A DNA stretch of 64,000 nucleotides. Source: an uncultured Thermoplasmata archaeon. Its GTDB lineage: Archaea; Thermoplasmatota; Thermoplasmata; Lutacidiplasmatales; UBA184. The translations under genes and the position numbers were made by a program. The DNA lies in NCBI GenBank assembly GCA_963708255.1, contig CAVPSE010000002.1, positions 1,534,799 to 1,598,798 on the forward strand, read 5' to 3'. Within the stretch, counting starts at the first letter, position 1. Every line of letters starts with the position of its first letter. Below, piece by piece: positions 59,201 to 64,000 of this stretch. The notes under the pieces are model-generated. The model was not told the origin of the DNA. It made no database searches and was given only the letters and a program-made list of their open reading frames with translations.

Positions 59201-61944
59201 GTTCGGGACGGAGAGGAACTCCGGAACGTACCCAGCGGCGGTGAGGATCAACTGGTCCTCGCCCGCCGACCACGTGAGGTTGAACGTTCCGCCATAGCTC
59301 GCGAGCGCGTTCGTGGCGAGGCACGAGTAGGCGACACACTCGCCGATCACCGCCTGTCGGACCGGGAAACCGGTCCGGTTGTCTACGATCGGTCCCGGTG
59401 ACCCAGAGCGGCCGCGCCGAGGCGTTGGAGGCGGCGGTGGCGTTCGGCGTCGAAAGAACGGGCAGGACGAGCGGACCGACGGTGCTGACCGCCCCGGCGG
59501 TGGCGTTCACCCAGGTCCAGTCCGTGGCGAACCCCGGGTACGCCGCCTGGATGACGTAGGTCGCCCATGGGTAGGCCCCTCCGGAGAGGCTCCCGTTGGA
59601 CTGCCCGTTGGTCCCCGCGGTGCCGATCGGGGTACAGTCGTTCGGCGCTCCCACAGGGCAGTCGGAGACCACCGCCCCGGCCACCGCGCCGCCCGCGGCG
59701 GAGGTGACCGTCCCGGTCAGGTAGGCGTCGGGGGTAAGCTCGATCACGCCCAGAGTAATTCGTGCCGTTGAGGAACACCCATGTCCAGTTCTGTTGGTAG
59801 CCGGCCGCCGTCGCGGTCACCTTGTCCCATCCGGAGGCGGCGACAAAGGAGAATGAGCCGTCCGTGGCGTTGATCGCCCCGAACGTGCAGCTGAGGACCG
59901 GGCCCCCGGAAGCGGCCGGGCCGACCGGGCACGCCTCGATCAGGCCGTACAGGTCCCCGGGAGGGTCGGCGGCGGTCCCCCATCCACCGATCCGGCCCTC
60001 GACCGTTCCGTCGAGCACCCCGTACTGATCGGCGGGGGGCAGCGCGAGCGTGCCGACGGCCATCGGGGCGCCGGACTGGAGGCAGCACGTGGTCGGCGAC
60101 TCGATCCAGGAGAAGTTGGTGGTCCCCGGCCCGAGCTCCGTGACCGTGATCTGGTCAGGTCCCGGGGGCGCTGGGGCGCAGAAGGAGGCCGGCCCCGAGG
60201 GGCAGCCCATGACCGAGGGTCCAAGGTCCGAGGAGAGAACGGTGGCCCCGCAGAGACCCGACGTGTCAGTGGAACAGACCTCCACCGAGAACGTTCCGTC
60301 CAACGATCCGGTAACACCGGCCTCCGTGACGTTCCCCGAGACGTAGTCCCCGGCGGCAACGTCCACGGAGCCGAGGACGGTGATGGCATCGGGCGTCAGG
60401 TTCGCCCACGTAATGTTGGCGTACTTCGCGGGGTACTCCGGGGAGGGCGAAAGGGAGAGCGCTTCGGCGATCGGGAAGTCGGGGGGGGACGTGTTGCTGG
60501 GGACGATCATCACCGCGTCCCTCAGGGGCGGACCGAGTACCACGGCCGTCGCGCCAAGCGGGTGCGTATTGCCGACCGCGGCGCCGGGCAGGCCCCGGGG
60601 CCAGCACGGTGTCGGGATCAGCTCGCCGTACGGCGTCAGCTGAGCCGCGACCTCGACGCTGTCGAGCGAGCAGACGTAGACGGTCACGTTGCCGGGCGCC
60701 CAGCCTCCCGGCGGGGGGACCCCCCCGGTAAAGTTCGTGGAGATCTCCGCCGCGGCCATCGGGACCAGGTCGATGGTCCCGAGGTCGACGGTCCCGTTGG
60801 AGTTCGGGAGGTCGCGGACGTCCGTGGTGTTGACCACGTAGCCGATGGCGGCAGCGGTCACGGAGGCCGCCCCCGGCATCCCCCACGCCGTCACGTTCGC
60901 CCCCGTTTCGTTGAGGATCGGGTAGGAGCACACATCGGAGGCGGGCCGGGCGCAGTAGGTGAGCTGGGCAGGGGTACCGTTCGCGATCGGCCGGCCCGTG
61001 ACCCGGTCGATGAGCTCGGCGGTCATCTTGACCCCGCCCTCCAGCTGGATGACACCGACGTCCACCGTACCGTAGGAGCTCACGTTGACGAACGTCGTGT
61101 TGGAGAAGTACGGGGTGCTTCCCGCGAGGGGCGTGACCGAGATCTCCGACGGAACAGGGGGAACGGGGATGTCGAACGTCCCCGACGGGCCCGTGATCTC
61201 GCCCGGATCACCCGAGAGATCTCCCACCCGGGAGGTGGCGTTCACCTCCACGCCAGCGATCGGCAGGTGGCCCGGCGTGGTCGCCTCGATCGTGCCCGTG
61301 GCGTACCCGTCGTGGAGGAGGAAGACGTACCCGAGGCTCACGCTCTGGCTACGGCCTACGTCGACCCACGTCTGGTTCCCGACGTAATCCGCGGCGGTGA
61401 ACAGAAGTGTCACGGCCCCGACGATCGTGGGGAGGCTGAACGCGCCCGTGGGCCCGGAGGTGGTGTTCGTGCAGAGGCCAGCGAGACAGGATGTCGCGCC
61501 GAACGGCTCGGCGATGACCTGCGCGTTGGCGATCGGTTGCCCGAAGGTGTAGTCGTACACGAGGCCCGAGACGGTGCCACCGAACGCGGCCCGAACCTCG
61601 GACGGCGATGGCGTGGCGTCCGCCGCCGGCCCCGCCTGGGACGATGGGCCCGGGATCTCAGGCCTGGACAGGGCCAGGCGGGCAGCATCCAGCCGACGTT
61701 CTCCGAGAGAGGACGAGCCCGGTACCCGAGAGGGAGGATTCCCCCCGGGGGACGGATCGTGGGCGGCGCGGTGCGGGACCCCATGAGCGGCTGCGTTGGG
61801 AGACGAGGGAGTGGCCCCCGACACCGGGACGGACGTGGTCGGCAGCATCAGCAACAGCACGAGCAGCGCGAGCAGGACCCCGGGGAGGGATCGGCGGCCG
61901 GGGCGACGGATCCGTCGAAAGGGGCCGGTCCCTCCGCTCCCCAT
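56220..61944 (-). CDS. Giant secreted surface protein (about 1900 codons) of repeated beta-sandwich, CarboxypepD_reg-like modules with a C-terminal TM anchor; S-layer candidate; frame interrupted at least 7 times
   Basis: Signal peptide RRSLPGVLLALLVLLLMLP. Recurrent G.V.D..TG.P..GA.V modules, dozens of N-x-S/T sequons and paired cysteines. C-terminus TWLDLAVVGAAAAAIALSVVLIRRRQ. Assembled from ORFs 59383..61944, 59022..59747, 58727..59350, 57478..59025 and 56220..57689. Confidence 0.7.
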
Positions 61945-62005
61945 CGTCGATGTTGCTCCCCCGGGGGGTCCCCCGACCGGCGTCCGACGGGAGACGGATG
62001 GTGGG

Positions 62006-62365
62006 TTATGAGCCTCCCGCCGCCGTCCACCGCGGCGCCAGGCGGTCTAACCCGAAACAGGACCGGACCCCGTACGGACCCCGGGGCATCGTCCAGGTCA
62101 CCGACCCCTGATCGCAGGCGATGTCGCACGCCCCGCACTCCACACAGTCCTCGTACCGGAAGACCAGGCGTCCCTCGATCCGCTGGTAGCACTGCGCAGG
62201 GCAGACGAAGGTGCAGAACGAATGGGGACACTTCGCGCAGATCGGGGGCTTCACGGTGATGTGGGCGTGCTCGGCGGAGTCGGTGGTGTAACGGAGTGTG
62301 CCGAGCCGGCGCTTGATCTCGACGAACTCCACCGGGTCCCGGGGCGGCGCGTCCTGTTCTGTCAT
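62006..62365 (-). CDS. fixX: FixX-type ferredoxin-like protein
   Basis: CAKCPHSFCTFVCPAQCY...CVECGACDIAC cysteine pattern and W..P.G..GV tail. The true stop is probably near 62050 (an out-of-frame TAG is adjacent). Confidence 0.75.
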   Translation of the reverse strand: MTEQDAPPRDPVEFVEIKRRLGTLRYTTDSAEHAHITVKPPICAKCPHSFCTFVCPAQCYQRIEGRLVFRYEDCVECGACDIACDQGSVTWTMPRGPYGVRSCFGLDRLAPRWTAAGGS

Positions 62366-63626
62366 AGTCTCCTCAGGGCGCCGGTCGCGTCCCGGGCGAT
62401 CGCTCGCCAGGTCCGCCCCGAGCTCCGTCGGCTCCCCCTCAGAGCCGCAGTGACGGGTTCCTTGGGCCCGCCCGTCTCTGTCATCAGGCGGTGGAGCGCG
62501 GTTGCCAGGAGGTCGGGATACGCCCCGTGGATCCGGGGATCCCCGATCAGAGGGTCCGCGCTGGCCGGTCCCTCGGCCCCTATCCCCTCGGTCCGGAGCA
62601 GATGCTCGTACGCCGAGGCGGCCCGGAGGGGGCCCTGGGTGGGTCGGGCGAGCGACGGCCCGGTCGCGGCACCGGCGAGCCAGCCGCTCCGCAGCGCCGA
62701 GTTCCGCCCGCGGAGGACGGCACCCGAGAACCCCGGGAGGCCGGCCGAATCACCGGCCAGCAACCAGCCCGGTCCGCCGAGGGGCCGGCGGCGGCTCGGC
62801 ACGAGCGCGACCCGGGCGGCGCCCGGAACGGGAACCCCGCCGCCGAGGAGGGGAGCGACCCCAGAGTGCGCTTGGAACGCGGACCGGAGCGCTGTGGCCG
62901 CCTCCGGGGAGGCTGCCCCGGAGATCCGGACCCCGACCGTGATCGAGTCCCGGTGCGTGACCAGGAACCCGCTCGCCACCGCGGGGGCCGCCACCCAGCC
63001 GAGCAGACCGTGGATCGAGGTCCCGGTCTCCGGGGAGAGGTCGAACCGCGCCTCGATCCGGGAAGCCGCGAGGGAGAGCCGGTCGGTCGCGACCGTGACG
63101 GCCCGGCTCGCCGAGCCGGCGGGTCCTGGGGCCAGTCCGTCCGCGAGCTCCGCGGCCCGAGGGCCATCCGCGAGGATCGTGAGCCGCGCCGTGAGAGGGC
63201 TCCCATCGAGAATGATCCCGTCAACCGCCCCGCCGTTCCGGCTCAGCCCGTCGACGCGGCCCGTCCGGCGTTCCGCTCCTGCCGATACGCTCGCCTCCGC
63301 CAGCCACGGGTCGGTCCGTGCTCGGAGGAACGACGTTGGAGGCCCTCCGGCCCGCCGGCCGGCTCCTGGAACTCGATCGAGACCAGTGACGCCGCGCCGA
63401 GGAACGCGAGGCGACGGTCCACCAACCGACGGTCGTACGGGAAGGTTCCGCGGAGCTCCTCCGTAAGGTCCCTCGAGCCGATGATCCCGCTCCCCGCCGG
63501 GTCGCCCGCACTCCCGTCCTTGGGGTCGACCAGGACCGGTCGTCGACCCGCCCGGGCGATCGCCAGGGCGGCCGCGCTCCCGGCGAGCCCGGCGCCGACG
63601 ATGATGACGTCCGCCCGTTCGGCCAT
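62362..63626 (-). CDS. fixC: FixC-type FAD-dependent electron-transfer-flavoprotein:quinone oxidoreductase, frame interrupted
   Basis: FAD fold DVIIVGAGLAGSAAA (ORF 63243..63626). The remainder (..WLAE..., LLAGDSAG) is in the frame of ORF 62362..62994. Break near 63345. Confidence 0.8.
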
Positions 63627-63661
63627 GGACCCAGACCCCGTGGGTGCCGGGGATGATAATC

Positions 63662-64000
<339 letters not shown>

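Overview
Very GC-rich chromosomal segment from an archaeon. The archaeal assignment rests on family-B DNA polymerase, ribosomal protein S8e, SRP19, a GPN-loop GTPase, RNase HII, XPD helicase, pyruvoyl arginine decarboxylase, two-subunit 2-oxoacid:ferredoxin oxidoreductase and ADP-forming acetyl-CoA synthetase. I reconstruct about 65 protein genes and one tRNA-Pro(GGG). I see no rRNA, CRISPR array, transposase or integrase. Most of the window is core metabolism and information processing. Three blocks stand out. (1) At 38.8-50.7 kb there is an aerobic respiratory island with no c-type cytochrome visible: heme O/A synthases, oxidase subunits I and II, cytochrome b, a Rieske protein, two blue-copper proteins, and tatA/tatC plus a TatB-like gene embedded in it. 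(2) A surface-glycan theme recurs: a flippase next to a large polytopic membrane protein (12.0-15.8 kb), gmhA-hddA heptose genes (52.5-54.1 kb), and a roughly 1900-codon sequon-rich surface protein with a C-terminal membrane anchor (56.2-61.9 kb), which is an S-layer candidate. (3) Promoters look consistent: AT-rich TATA-like boxes sit about 25-35 nt upstream of start codons (leaderless-type), including two shared bidirectional boxes. The dominant oddity is technical or evolutionary. About 40 single-nucleotide frame breaks interrupt otherwise well-conserved genes, including essential ones, and several lie in G/C homopolymer runs. I therefore report merged gene coordinates and flag each interruption. 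I did not find a convincing new defence-type or mobile system. The unknowns worth follow-up are listed as findings. All calls come from reading motifs in the supplied translations, no searches were run, and exact indel positions are approximate.
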